A DNA stretch of 64,000 nucleotides, from contig DATGZO010000006.1 in the NCBI GenBank assembly GCA_035297105.1, positions 5,415 to 69,414 on the forward strand, in the 5' to 3' direction. The DNA comes from Thermoplasmata archaeon. GTDB taxonomy: Archaea; Thermoplasmatota; Thermoplasmata; Lutacidiplasmatales; UBA184. Shown piece after piece: positions 8,642 to 18,853 of the stretch. Each line of letters starts with the position of its first letter. Positions within the stretch are counted from its first letter, which is position 1. The notes below the pieces were generated by a model that saw only the letters and a list, made by a program, of their open reading frames with translations, did not search any database and was not told the origin of the DNA. Made by a program: the position numbers and the translations under genes.

Positions 8642-10882
8642 CGGCTCCGTCGGGGGCAGCTTGCCTCCACCATGAGCGGACGCGGGCGCCCAGCGCGCCA
8701 GGTCGGGGAGAAGTTCCTTCCACGCCGGCGGGAGCGCGGCGGCGACCTCGGGCACTTCCAGGCGCAGGGCGAGGGGTTCGGCATCCTCGGGCCGTTTCCG
8801 GGCGTACTCCAGGAGAGCGAGTCGCAGGAGGGCCTCGGCCCGGATCCCGGGGAGCCCCGTCGATTCGGTCTCATCGATGAGCGCGAGCCACCGTTCCCGG
8901 GCCGGTTCGCTCAACTCCTCCATCGCGAACTGCCGGCCTTCGACGAGCCACAGGCGCAGGAGAAGAGGGGACGGGGGGAGCAGGTGGAGCGTCTCCGCGA
9001 TCGTGCGCGAGCGCGCGAGCGATTCTTCGACCCCCTTGGTCATCCCCTCGTCCAAGAGACCGGCGACGATCGCCAGGCGATGACCGAGCTCGACGGGCAG
9101 GAGCTTCTGCCGCTGGAGCGCGGTCAGGCTCTTCTCCCGGATCAGGCGACCTTCCGCCGTGTTGCCACGGGATTCCAACAGCCGGGCCTCCAAGTCCTCG
9201 GCGATGTAGTCGAGCTCCCATCGGCGCGCCTTGCCGAGGACGATCCGGGACGCCTTCAGGAATCGGCCCGCGAGCGCTTGTTCCTCGGGGGTCCCATCGA
9301 TCCGGGAGAGACCGACCGCGACGAGCGCGATCGCCTGCATGTGGCCCTCGGGAAGGGTGCGGGCGAGGAGCGCGGCGCGGTGGGATTCGGCCCGGGCCTT
9401 CTCAAAGTTCCGGCGAAGGCTGTGGAACTCCGCGAGCACGGCCTCGATCAACACCTCGATCTCGACGGCCCGATCGTCGTGGGCCCGCTCCGCGAGCTCG
9501 GACAGGGCCGTGATCAGGGCCGGCCGGGGACCGACCCCGCGGAGGATGAGGACGAGCGGTTCGAACCACTCGGCGATGAGGTCGTGGGGGACGTGGGCTT
9601 GGAGCGCCCCGCTCAGTCCGTCGCGAAGCTCTCCCTCCGCTTCGGTCAGTCGGCCCGCCGAGAAGAGCGAGCGCGCGTGAAGGAGCCGAAGTTCCGCTTC
9701 CACTGCGAGCCGTTCGCCGGCCGGCACCGCGCCGGTGCACCCGAGGGCTTCGGAGAGGAGTTCTTCCGCGCTGTCGAACGCGAGGAGCTGGAGCGAGAAC
9801 TCGGCGGCCTCGAGGAGGTTGCGGAGGGCCATCGGGCCGCGGAACCACGCCAGGTAGTGGCGCGCCACCTCGATCCGTCGAGCGAGGTTCGGCTCCGGCG
9901 AGAGGGCGGCCAACGCGTTGGCGATCTCGAGGTGCATTTCCTTGCGCTGCGCCTCGGGAATCAGGTCCGCGGTCAGCGGGACCCAGGGAAGGTGGGGGAT
10001 CGTGACCTTCCCGTCGGTGACCTTGATGAGTCCGACCCCCGACGCGGGGAGCAGCGCGTCCGCGAGTTGCGTGAAGCTGAGCCGAGTCACCCGGGAGAGC
10101 ACCACCTCCCCGACGCCGCCCCCCAACAGGGCCACGTAGCCGGCGATCCGCTGACTGAGCACGGGGAGGTCGTCGAACACCGCCTTCAGCCGATGCGCCT
10201 CGCGGGGGTCCCTCAGCGGCTCTAAGATCCGCACCCAATCGACGTCCCCCCGTCCCAAGAAGGCCTCTTCCCAGGCGATGTAGCCCGGGTTGGTCGAGTC
10301 GAGCGCCATCACGATCAGGAAGGGTCGATAGCGCGCCCGTCGGGAGAGCGTTACGATGAACTCGCGGCTGTCCGCGTCGAACAGGGCCGCGTCGTCGATG
10401 AAGATCACGAACGGCTGGGGGGTGGGCCCGCGGAACCCATCGAGTAACTCGTGCCAGAATCCCTCCGGGTCTCCTTCGTTCGCAGACCGTCCGCGAACCG
10501 GCTGGCCCAGGAAGGAGGAGCGCGGGCGCTCCCCACGGCTCCGCCGGCTCCGGGGGGTTTGCTCCGGAAGGTACGGGATGGGGGCGAGCGGGGGCGCGGG
10601 GACTCCGAGGGGGGAATCGTTGTCGGTGGCCGACTCCTCGTGCGGGGCATCCGCCGCCTCGGGAGATCGCAACCCGTCGAGGGCCCCGAACGGGATGGAT
10701 CGCGACCGATAGCTTCCCCGCAATTGGACGACCCGGGCGTTCCGGTTGGCGAGCAGGCTCCGGAATTCCTCCATCAGTTCGGATTTTCCACTGAGCGGCG
10801 GCCCGGTGACGACGACAGTGCGGCCCGAATTCTCGGCGAGCCCCTCGAGGGCCCGAAGAAACGGGGATGGGAGGGAAGGCAC
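8594..10882 (-). CDS. STAND-like P-loop ATPase with C-terminal helical (TPR-like) repeats
   Basis: Walker A GPPLSGKS, Walker B VIFIDDA, long Ala/Leu/Glu/Arg helical C-terminal half. Confidence 0.7.
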   Translation of the reverse strand: MPSLPSPFLRALEGLAENSGRTVVVTGPPLSGKSELMEEFRSLLANRNARVVQLRGSYRSRSIPFGALDGLRSPEAADAPHEESATDNDSPLGVPAPPLAPIPYLPEQTPRSRRSRGERPRSSFLGQPVRGRSANEGDPEGFWHELLDGFRGPTPQPFVIFIDDAALFDADSREFIVTLSRRARYRPFLIVMALDSTNPGYIAWEEAFLGRGDVDWVRILEPLRDPREAHRLKAVFDDLPVLSQRIAGYVALLGGGVGEVVLSRVTRLSFTQLADALLPASGVGLIKVTDGKVTIPHLPWVPLTADLIPEAQRKEMHLEIANALAALSPEPNLARRIEVARHYLAWFRGPMALRNLLEAAEFSLQLLAFDSAEELLSEALGCTGAVPAGERLAVEAELRLLHARSLFSAGRLTEAEGELRDGLSGALQAHVPHDLIAEWFEPLVLILRGVGPRPALITALSELAERAHDDRAVEIEVLIEAVLAEFHSLRRNFEKARAESHRAALLARTLPEGHMQAIALVAVGLSRIDGTPEEQALAGRFLKASRIVLGKARRWELDYIAEDLEARLLESRGNTAEGRLIREKSLTALQRQKLLPVELGHRLAIVAGLLDEGMTKGVEESLARSRTIAETLHLLPPSPLLLRLWLVEGRQFAMEELSEPARERWLALIDETESTGLPGIRAEALLRLALLEYARKRPEDAEPLALRLEVPEVAAALPPAWKELLPDLARWAPASAHGGGKLPPTEPLARRREPERRERARR

Positions 10883-10982
10883 CCGGTACCTCGGCCAATC
10901 AACGGACGTCGGGGTTATGATGTTGCCGCGCGGTTTCGAAATCCGGCGCGAGCGTTATTTGAGCCCTCGTGTTGGCGCCCAC

Positions 10983-12047
10983 GTGTCTCCTTCTGTCTCG
11001 GCCCGGCGTCGTGCCTACCTGAAGAAGCCCGTCCGCGCGGTCGATGTGACGAACGGCAGAGGGATCGGGGATCTCGTGGACCAGTTCCGGTCCAGTTCGA
11101 TCCAGGCCCGGAACCTGGGACGCTGCCTCGAGGTGTGGGAGAACGCCCTCACGGACCGAAAGCGCCCTACGATCCTCCTGGGTCTCTCGGGGCCGCTCAT
11201 CGCGGCGGGGCTGAGGAAGGTCCTGCGCGACCTCGTCGACTGGGGCCTCGTGGACGTCGTGGTCACGACGGGCGCGGTGATGTACCAGGACCTCTACCAA
11301 ACCACGGGCGGCCGTCACTGGATGGGGACGCCGACCGCGGACGACGTCCAGCTCCGGGACCTGTACCTCGACCGCATCTACGACACGTACGTCGACGAGC
11401 TCAAGTTCGAGGACACCGACCGCGCCATCGGCAAGATCACCGAGCAGTTCCCCCGACGACCCGCCTCTTCGCGCGAGTTCCTTCAGTTCCTCGGGGAGCG
11501 GTTCGACGACCCCGACTCGATCCTCGCCACCGCCGCACGGCGGGGTGTGCCGGTCTTCTCTCCCGCCTTGATCGACAGTTCGATCGGCATCGGTCTGACG
11601 CTCTACTACCAGAAGAACCGAAAGCGCGCGGACCGGTTCATCCTGGACGCTGTACGGGACAACTATGAGCTCGTGCAGATCCTGTCCCACTCACCCCGCA
11701 CCGCAGTGATCTACATCGGCGGCGGGACCCCGAAGAACTGGATCAACGACGGGATTGTGATGGCGAACTACGCGTTCGGGCGGGAAGGAGAGGGCCACTT
11801 CTACGCGCTGCAGATCACGACGGACGTCCCCCACTGGGGGGGCCTCTCCGGGAGCACACTCGATGAGGCCCAGTCCTGGGGTAAGATCTCCCGTACGGCT
11901 ACGCGAGCGATGGCGCATGTGGAGGCCTCCATCGGACTCCCACTGCTCGCGGGCGCCCTTTGGGACCGCCGAAAAGTCTGGCAACCGCGGACGCGGCTCA
12001 AGTTCCACTGGACCGGGGACGAGGTCAAGATCACGCGGGGAAAGTAG
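10983..12047 (+). CDS. Deoxyhypusine synthase family protein
   Basis: GLRKV, SPALIDSSIG, IGGGTPKN, QITTD...GGLSGSTLDEAQSWGK (catalytic Lys). GTG at 10983 follows TTATTTGA; start is inferred. Confidence 0.9.
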   Translation: MSPSVSARRRAYLKKPVRAVDVTNGRGIGDLVDQFRSSSIQARNLGRCLEVWENALTDRKRPTILLGLSGPLIAAGLRKVLRDLVDWGLVDVVVTTGAVMYQDLYQTTGGRHWMGTPTADDVQLRDLYLDRIYDTYVDELKFEDTDRAIGKITEQFPRRPASSREFLQFLGERFDDPDSILATAARRGVPVFSPALIDSSIGIGLTLYYQKNRKRADRFILDAVRDNYELVQILSHSPRTAVIYIGGGTPKNWINDGIVMANYAFGREGEGHFYALQITTDVPHWGGLSGSTLDEAQSWGKISRTATRAMAHVEASIGLPLLAGALWDRRKVWQPRTRLKFHWTGDEVKITRGK

Positions 12048-12391
12048 GACGAGCTCGGGAAATCCCGAAGCGGAGGGTGCCCCGATGACGTTAAGGCCGT
12101 GTGACCCTGTAGCACGGGAGCCCTGCTCCGGCCCACCCAACAGGGCCCCCCGGGCGGGGGCACTATCTCCGTTTTCAGAATTCTGGAATTAGTGCGCATT
12201 TCTACGTGTTCATGCGCACCGTATAACCGACCTTGGAAAGGGGTCCGGATCTTGTGTGCTTAAATACGCCTAAAATCGAGGGCCCATCGGAGGTGAGACC
12301 GCACAATGTACATCCCCGCTCTGCCGCCGGTTCCTCGCGAACAGCTGTAAGTCCGACTTCCCGGGGCGCACCCTCAGGGGTGCGTCCCGAG

Positions 12392-14884
12392 CTACGGCTG
12401 GGCTGGAGATACTTCATCGACAGGCTTGCCGAGCGCTCCACCGGGGGGACTGCTAGGCTGCAAGGCTGCCGTAAGGCCCGGAAATTCATCTCTCAAATTG
12501 GTGTTCAACCAGTCGAGCCCAAGTTCATCGGCCAAAGCCTTAGCCTGCAGGTAATGCTCTGCGGCCCTAGTTTGATCCTTCTTGTAGCTGTACGCTTCGA
12601 CTAGATACGCGTGGCTGACGGCAAGTGAGTCAGAATGAGGCAACCGTCCCAAGATCTCGACACTCCGTTCACAGTGGACGATCGAATCCTGAACCAGTGT
12701 GGGCTCCCCGCCTTGGTCGGCTACATGGAATTCAGTGGATCCGAGGAGACCCAATGTGTGGCCAAGCACCAAGTCGTTTCCAAGCCGCTCGGCGAGGGTG
12801 ATGGCCTGCTTGGCGTAATTCGCCGCGTCGTCCAGATGGCCGGTTTGAATCGCCAGAGCCGAGAGTCCACTCAGCGCGTACGCAAGCTGATTGACGTAGC
12901 CCAAAGACTCTGCTTCTGACCGGATCTGATGCATCTCCCGGCTGGCCTCCTCCATGCGGCCGGTCACGGTGTAGGCCCGGGATCGCACAAGGAGAAGGTT
13001 GAACACGATGTCGACCCTGCCTTCCGCTCGAGCCTCAGGTAGGGCCGCCGCAATCACCTGGAGCGTTTCCTCATGTCGGCCACTGTACAGTTCCGATAGA
13101 CTCGTCCACGCCGCGATGCTCTCGAGAGCCAGGTCCGTTATCCGAGTCCTTCTTGCGTATTCGAACGCGGACTGGTACTGGCGCTCTGCCTCCCGCTTGT
13201 CCCCAGAGGCCTCGGTCAATCGGGCCTGGGTCAGCGAGAAGAACGCCTGAAGTCGTCGGTTGATGGGGCCGAACTTCTTCGCCTTCTCGAACTCGGCGAT
13301 GGCCTCGGGGACCTGCCGCAGACGGATCAAAAGGTCGACGATCGAGAGCAGGCACTGGCACGTGAGGACCGGGTCGTGGTCCGCCTCTTCCATGGCCCGG
13401 CGAAGGGACGCGATCGCCTCCGCGTAGTTGGAGTGCTGCCGCAGGAGCTTGATTTCCGTGTTCAGGGCACGAACTCGGCTCGGACCGCGGGGTAGCACCG
13501 TGGAAAGATGGCGCAGCGCGCTTCGGAGCGCCTCCGAGTATCCGAGACTGAGGAGGACCTTCTCCTGCTGGGTGAGCAGTTGGAGGGCGGCCTTCCACGA
13601 CTCCCCCTCAACTAGGTGGAGGAACCGAAGCCGGACCGAATCCGCCCGGTGACTCCGGGCAAAGTAGGAGGCCAACCGGATGTGGGAAGCCCTTTCCTGG
13701 CTGGGACGGACCTGGTTCAGGATCGCAGCTCGGACCACCTGGAGGATTTCGAGCTGTCCCTGAAGCGTTCGATGGAGGATCCCCATTCGAGTGAGATCCT
13801 GGACCCGGGCCAAGGTGAGCGCCTCGGTCTCCGTCAGGAAGCTCAGGGGAAGCGGCTCGTTGGCGATGGCCAGTGGCAGGATCGCCTCGAACTCGACCTC
13901 CGGGAGGCGCCGGAGGACACCGCTGGGCAGGGCCGAAGCGGGTCCGGAGACCTCGGGGTTGTGCACGGCGAGGTTCAGGAGTAGGGGCGAACCCAGGGTG
14001 GACTGGAAGACGCTCTCGAACCGGTCGGCGAGTCCACCTGCCCGATCGGTCAGATCGTGGGCGGAAGCCCGGTCCAAGCCCCCGACCGTCAGCCGGTAGG
14101 TAGGCACCTGGTCGAGCTCGAAAATGGGGGCCTCTTGCGAGATGAAGTACAGCCGGTGACCACCCCCCCGGATGAGACCCTGGGCGAACTCCTTCAGGAA
14201 CCGCCCGAGCTCGGACCCTGCTAGTTGGGTATCGTCCACGACAGCCACCAGTTGCCGTTCTCCGAGAGCGCGACTCGCAAGATCGGCGACCTCCTTGGGT
14301 GTCGGCGGGCGGGGGAGCTGCGCATAGTACGCCAGCTGCCGGGCTCCCAGCACCTGAAGTGAGTGGGCGAGCGCGCTCACGAAATGGCGAGGGGTGCTCG
14401 CGGGGCGGATGGCGAACCAGAACGGGATCCGTCCCCGGCGCGTCTCGCGGAGGTGTCGACTGACGAGGGCGGTCTTACCCATCCCGGGGGCCCCGTCGAC
14501 GAAGACGGCCGTCCCCAGCCCCCCGCGCACGAAGTCGGCCAGTTGGCTCAATTCCTCCCGCCGGCCCAGGAAAGGGTGGGGGGGTGCCGGGATCTCGCCC
14601 GACAGGATGGGGACTTCCTTCGTTTCCTTCCGGAGTCGGGTCCGGCCCTCCTCCGTCAGGTTGTAGGTGATCTGCTTTCGGACTCCGTCCCGGACGAGCT
14701 TTCTTCGGGCCGTGAGGAGCCCCTCCCCGATCAGGCTGTCGAGCGGGCGGGACATGGAGCACGGGTGGTAGCCCAGGGCCCGGGCGAGCTCCCGTTGACT
14801 GATGCCGAACACCGAATCGTCGGCGGGGGCGTGCGTCTGCACGTAGTCGAGGATCTCGATGGGAAGGTAAGTCTGCCCCGCCAC
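12392..14884 (-). CDS. Winged-helix + STAND ATPase + TPR transcriptional regulator
   Basis: N-terminal wHTH (ISQRELARALG...YNLTEEG), FLGRREEL, Walker A GAPGMGKT, Walker B VVDD, GSPL motif, TPR-like C-terminus. Confidence 0.85.
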   Translation of the reverse strand: MAGQTYLPIEILDYVQTHAPADDSVFGISQRELARALGYHPCSMSRPLDSLIGEGLLTARRKLVRDGVRKQITYNLTEEGRTRLRKETKEVPILSGEIPAPPHPFLGRREELSQLADFVRGGLGTAVFVDGAPGMGKTALVSRHLRETRRGRIPFWFAIRPASTPRHFVSALAHSLQVLGARQLAYYAQLPRPPTPKEVADLASRALGERQLVAVVDDTQLAGSELGRFLKEFAQGLIRGGGHRLYFISQEAPIFELDQVPTYRLTVGGLDRASAHDLTDRAGGLADRFESVFQSTLGSPLLLNLAVHNPEVSGPASALPSGVLRRLPEVEFEAILPLAIANEPLPLSFLTETEALTLARVQDLTRMGILHRTLQGQLEILQVVRAAILNQVRPSQERASHIRLASYFARSHRADSVRLRFLHLVEGESWKAALQLLTQQEKVLLSLGYSEALRSALRHLSTVLPRGPSRVRALNTEIKLLRQHSNYAEAIASLRRAMEEADHDPVLTCQCLLSIVDLLIRLRQVPEAIAEFEKAKKFGPINRRLQAFFSLTQARLTEASGDKREAERQYQSAFEYARRTRITDLALESIAAWTSLSELYSGRHEETLQVIAAALPEARAEGRVDIVFNLLLVRSRAYTVTGRMEEASREMHQIRSEAESLGYVNQLAYALSGLSALAIQTGHLDDAANYAKQAITLAERLGNDLVLGHTLGLLGSTEFHVADQGGEPTLVQDSIVHCERSVEILGRLPHSDSLAVSHAYLVEAYSYKKDQTRAAEHYLQAKALADELGLDWLNTNLRDEFPGLTAALQPSSPPGGALGKPVDEVSPAQP

Positions 14885-14914
14885 GAATAACTCCGAGCGT
14901 CTCCCCCCTACTTA

Positions 14915-14951
14915 GAGTTATTTTGTACAAATCAACTCCCGAGCTTTATAT
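14915..14951. promoter_or_regulatory. Palindromic operator candidate plus TATA box in a divergent promoter region
   Basis: GAGTT-AT-TTTGTACAAA-TC-AACTC (14915-14938, 10 of 12 pairs symmetric) directly before TTTATAT (14945-14951). Confidence 0.6.
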
Positions 14952-14978
14952 CCCGGATTTGCCCAACCAATCATTGCT

Positions 14979-15338
14979 ATGACGCGCTCGCGGGAAAGCG
15001 GTGCCTACCTCGGAGGCATCGGAACGATGCTCGGGGAGACTCGGGCGTGCGACTCCTGTGGGGGCGTTCACGAAAGCCACCCGTTCGGCTTCCAGCACCG
15101 GGACGGACACGAGTGCCCGGCCCTGGTCGAGAAAGACTTCGCGATCGTCAGCCTGCTGGACGGAGAGACCGACCGTCCGGAAACGCTCTCCGATGAGTTC
15201 AGCATCGCCCTCCCCCGCTCGGACCTCCCGGTCGCCTTCGGGGCCGTGCCGATCCCCTCGCCCCGTGACTCCCGATCGCACCAGCGCACCCTGGAAGTCC
15301 CCTGGCTGGCCCCGCCTACCCTGAGCGAGGTGGTCTGA
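14979..15338 (+). CDS. Hypothetical protein with Cys/His cluster
   Basis: ATG about 28 nt after a TATA box; CDSCGGVHESH...HRDGHEC; coupled to the next ORF. Confidence 0.55.
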   Translation: MTRSRESGAYLGGIGTMLGETRACDSCGGVHESHPFGFQHRDGHECPALVEKDFAIVSLLDGETDRPETLSDEFSIALPRSDLPVAFGAVPIPSPRDSRSHQRTLEVPWLAPPTLSEVV

Positions 15339-15553
15339 TGCTGCGAGGCGGACGCGCCCCTCCCTCGGGCACACTGATGGACACGATCCGGGGTCAGCCC
15401 CTGCGGGCCCGGGAATTCCTGCTCGCGGTCGCTCCCCTCCCTCGCGGGGAAGCGTTCCGCATCGGGGGATGGCCTCGCTGGCTCGTTCCCTCGGAGATCT
15501 ACCTCTCTCCCAACATCTCCACCAAGGGGTCGCACCGACGCGAACGTCACTGA
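15338..15553 (+). CDS. Small hypothetical protein
   Basis: TGATG stop/start overlap with a GAGGTG RBS. Confidence 0.45.
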   Translation: MLRGGRAPPSGTLMDTIRGQPLRAREFLLAVAPLPRGEAFRIGGWPRWLVPSEIYLSPNISTKGSHRRERH

Positions 15554-15699
15554 ATCACGATGTTTAGGCTCCGGCGGGATACCCGGTCCCGCCGGAGCCG
15601 GTATTTTTCCCCTCCTCCGAAAAACGAGGACCGGGAGGCGGTTCCTCCGCGCCACAAACGAAAGATACATCCCGCGAGTGGACCATCCGGTACTGGTTC

Positions 15700-15927
15700 A
15701 TGCCTGAAACGAAGTGTGCCGTCTGCGGCGGGCCCCTCGACCACGGGTACTTGACCACCACGAACGGCTCGGGACTCTTCTGGTCCCACGACAAGACCGA
15801 CCTGCGCTTTCGGCCCACCGGACTGGAGGTCCTGGTCCCGACGGGGTTCGGCGGGACCTACTCGGCCAACCTGTCGGGCCTTCGCTGTGCCCACTGCAAG
15901 ACGATCCTCGTCAGCCTCCCCAAGTAG
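15700..15927 (+). CDS. Small zinc-ribbon protein (DUF6487-like)
   Basis: CAVCGG...GYL...W...RCAHCKTI pattern, 75 aa. Confidence 0.75.
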   Translation: MPETKCAVCGGPLDHGYLTTTNGSGLFWSHDKTDLRFRPTGLEVLVPTGFGGTYSANLSGLRCAHCKTILVSLPK

Positions 15928-15933
15928 GGCGTT

Positions 15934-17340
15934 CTAGGCCCCCGCGACGGTCAGCGGCTTCACCAGGATCGTCGGGCCGCTGAAATTCTCGGCCAGGGCG
16001 GCCGTCGAGCCCAGAAGGGCCAGGTTCGTGAGCATCGTCGGGGTTCCCGCCGGCCCCAGAACGACCCCCCCGACGGTTCCGCCTCGGACCGGCTCGGCGA
16101 GCTTCCCGTGCCGGATCCGGTAGCCGATCCGGATCTCCCCCCCGAAGGCACCGGACAGCACGTCCGGGCTCGCCCAGCCGAGCTGTTGGACCCAGATCCC
16201 GTCCCCGGCCGCCTCCACGACCTCGGCGTCCGACCCACCCTCGCCGGGTTCCAGCACGATCGTGGTGGGCCCGATGCCCGGTTCGTGCGCGAACCGCAAC
16301 CAGTCCCGGCGGCCGAACGAGAGGCCACGCTGCCCGTTTCCGGTCGGCGGCACGCCGAACGCCCCCGAGTGGCGGACATCGTAGAGCAGGTCGGCCGCCG
16401 CCCCCGCCCGAACCAGCGGCCGCGTACCGGTCGGGTTCCCCTCGTCGTCCCATGGTGTGGAGTTCGGACCCCACGGGAATCGCCCATCGTCCTGGATCGT
16501 GACCGCGGGGGCCGCGATCGTGCTGCCGGGGGTCGGGGCGATGTCGCGAAGGCGGGAAGCTCCGGAGAAACGGAACCCGACGACCCCGGGGAGGATGGTG
16601 GACGTGGCGACCGCCGGCAGGACGACCGGGAGCTCCCCGCTGGGCGGGGCTTTCGCCCGACGCGCGTCGCGGGCGTACTGGGCCCACATCGGCACTTGAT
16701 CCCCCGCGCGGGCGGGGTCGGCCTTCCGCTCGACCCCATTGACCCAGTACTCTCCCGGGGGCGCGCCCTCGGGGCCCCCGAAGGCCTTGACGGCGACCTC
16801 GAGGTCCATCGAGGTCTCCGCGTACTGGGACCGGAAACCGGCCGAGTTCGCGATCGAGATCTCGGAGAGGGTCGCCCGCACGGACCCGAAGCTGGGGAGG
16901 GCGTCCGTGAGGGGCTCGAACGGGGCGAGCAGCGCGGCCACGTACTCCTCCAGGCGCGGGAGGGGCGAGTCCCACAGTTTCGAATCGAGGATCTCAAGTC
17001 CAGGAGACGTAGCCGCGGAGCTCGGGAGCTCGATCCGCTTCGTGGGAAAGGTCGAGTGACCCGCGACGGCCTCGGCCCCCGCGAGGGCCAGAATGATCCC
17101 CGCCTCAGATGAATCGGTGGAGGCCTGGAACCCGGTACCGGTCTTGTCTTCGTGCAGGCGGAAGACCCGGAGGCCATACCCCTCGACCAGGAGCGGACCG
17201 CGGAGGAACTCGACCACCGCTCCGTTGAAGTGTACCTCGTAGCGCCTCGAGCGCTGGCCGAAGACCTCCCACGGGGCGGGCGTATGCAGCCGGTCCGCCA
17301 CCCGGTAGGCGACCGGGTTGGGGGAGAGCGGCGGCGTCAT
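15934..17340 (-). CDS. pmbA: PmbA/TldE family protein
   Basis: IQDDG, WDDEG, TGNG motifs and no HExxxH. ATG at 17340 overlaps the tldD stop. Confidence 0.85.
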   Translation of the reverse strand: MTPPLSPNPVAYRVADRLHTPAPWEVFGQRSRRYEVHFNGAVVEFLRGPLLVEGYGLRVFRLHEDKTGTGFQASTDSSEAGIILALAGAEAVAGHSTFPTKRIELPSSAATSPGLEILDSKLWDSPLPRLEEYVAALLAPFEPLTDALPSFGSVRATLSEISIANSAGFRSQYAETSMDLEVAVKAFGGPEGAPPGEYWVNGVERKADPARAGDQVPMWAQYARDARRAKAPPSGELPVVLPAVATSTILPGVVGFRFSGASRLRDIAPTPGSTIAAPAVTIQDDGRFPWGPNSTPWDDEGNPTGTRPLVRAGAAADLLYDVRHSGAFGVPPTGNGQRGLSFGRRDWLRFAHEPGIGPTTIVLEPGEGGSDAEVVEAAGDGIWVQQLGWASPDVLSGAFGGEIRIGYRIRHGKLAEPVRGGTVGGVVLGPAGTPTMLTNLALLGSTAALAENFSGPTILVKPLTVAGA

Positions 17341-18731
17341 GCCGGCCCCACGACGGCGGTGGAGAGCAGGTAGGCCCCTCCGGTGCCCGCGGGAAGGGTA
17401 TCCGAATGCCCCTTTCCGCATGTGCCCGGATCGATCATGAAGTCCTTGGCGCTGCTGACCCCGCGGATGGCCTCAAGGAAGTCGAGAACGCGACCCGAGA
17501 GGGCCATGGAGCTGACGAGTCCCTTTTGCTCCCCGTTCTGGATCACGTGGCCCTTCTTCACCTTCAGCTGCATCTGCCCGCCCTGCGGGTCCTCGATGCC
17601 CGAGGTAGCACGTTCGAGGAGGATCCCGTTCTTGGCCTCCTTGACCAGCTCCTCGTACTTCCAGTCCCCCGGCTCGACGTACGTGTTCGTCATCCGAACG
17701 AACGGTCGGCTGACGAAGTCCGCGCGGCGCGTGTTGCCGGTGGGCCGGGCGTTTAGGACCGTCGCGGTTTCCCGGTCGTGCAGAGCACCGACGAACCGTC
17801 CCCGGTCGACCAGGACCGTCCGCTGGCCCGGGTTGCCCTCGTCGTCGAAGTAGATCGTCCCCCATCCGCCGGGGTAGGCGCCGTTGTCCACGATCGTGAG
17901 GAAGTCGGGACCGACGGTCTGTCCCAAGAGCGGTTTCAAGTACGAACGGTCGCGGACGAACTGGTCGGCCTCGGTCCCGTGGCCGAACGACTCGTGCGCA
18001 AAGATCCCGGCAACCCCGGGGTCGAGCAGGACGGTCATCGTGCCCGTCGGAGGCGCGCCGGCGGTGAGGAGCTCTCGGGCCGACTCCGCGACCTCCTTGA
18101 CCTTGGCTTCGGTCAGGTAGTCGAGCTGCTCCCGGCCGCCGAGTCCACCCTCCCCCAGAAAATCGAACTCGACCTTGCCGGACTCGATCGCGAGGGGGAC
18201 CACGCTCGACCGTGCCCGGGTGACCCGCTGGTAGCACCGCGCCCCCGCCGTGTTGAGGTAGAGGCGCTCATCGTCCTGCCACCCCATGTTCACGATCGTA
18301 TCCTTGATGGTGGGGACCTCGCTCGCCCACCCGAGGATGTCCCGCGCGAGATGGATCATCCCCTCCATGCCCAGGTCGGAGAGGGGATGAGGCGGATCTG
18401 TCATCCGCTCCGCCACGGTGGTCGAGGAGGGCCCCGGCGGGGGGGTTCGGGCCGGACTCGCCTTCACCGCCCGTTCCACCGACTCCGCCGCCGCGTCGAG
18501 ACCGGCGGCCGTCAGATCGGTGGTGGCTGCCTCGACCCACCTCGTCCCGGCCCACGCGCGCACCGCGGCGCCCCGGAAGAACGGTTGCGAGGACGGGCTG
18601 GTCGACCGGCGGTCGAGCCGCAGGCTCTGGCCCCGCGCACTCTCGGCCATGATGTCCGCGAACGACGCCGCGCGCTCGAGTCGGTGGAGGATGCGGGCGA
18701 GGTCGTTCTCGGAGGCGCGGAGGTCCGGCAT
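17337..18731 (-). CDS. tldD: TldD metalloprotease
   Basis: HESFGHGTEAD, FDDEG, TGNTRR, RMTNTY and C-terminal CGKG. Confidence 0.93.
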   Translation of the reverse strand: MPDLRASENDLARILHRLERAASFADIMAESARGQSLRLDRRSTSPSSQPFFRGAAVRAWAGTRWVEAATTDLTAAGLDAAAESVERAVKASPARTPPPGPSSTTVAERMTDPPHPLSDLGMEGMIHLARDILGWASEVPTIKDTIVNMGWQDDERLYLNTAGARCYQRVTRARSSVVPLAIESGKVEFDFLGEGGLGGREQLDYLTEAKVKEVAESARELLTAGAPPTGTMTVLLDPGVAGIFAHESFGHGTEADQFVRDRSYLKPLLGQTVGPDFLTIVDNGAYPGGWGTIYFDDEGNPGQRTVLVDRGRFVGALHDRETATVLNARPTGNTRRADFVSRPFVRMTNTYVEPGDWKYEELVKEAKNGILLERATSGIEDPQGGQMQLKVKKGHVIQNGEQKGLVSSMALSGRVLDFLEAIRGVSSAKDFMIDPGTCGKGHSDTLPAGTGGAYLLSTAVVGPA

Positions 18732-18853
18732 GGGAGCGTCCCAAGCGAGTACACGCCTTAATCATAGCTCACGACCGGACCTCCGCCGACGCGCGGAGCT
18801 TATGCGAGACGGTGCATGCCCGGTTCCGCCGGCACCTTGCGGTCGGTGGATGC

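Noticed and set aside
12216..12243. GCACCGTATAA, matching the left arm of the dif-like site at 10 of 11 positions
   Set aside because: The right arm (TTGGAAAGGGG) lacks the TTATA core; a half match only, possibly just a TATA box.
14979..18731. TldD/PmbA plus nearby small ORFs as a RiPP cluster
   Set aside because: No YcaO, radical SAM or precursor-like peptide; TldD/PmbA pairs are widespread in archaea.
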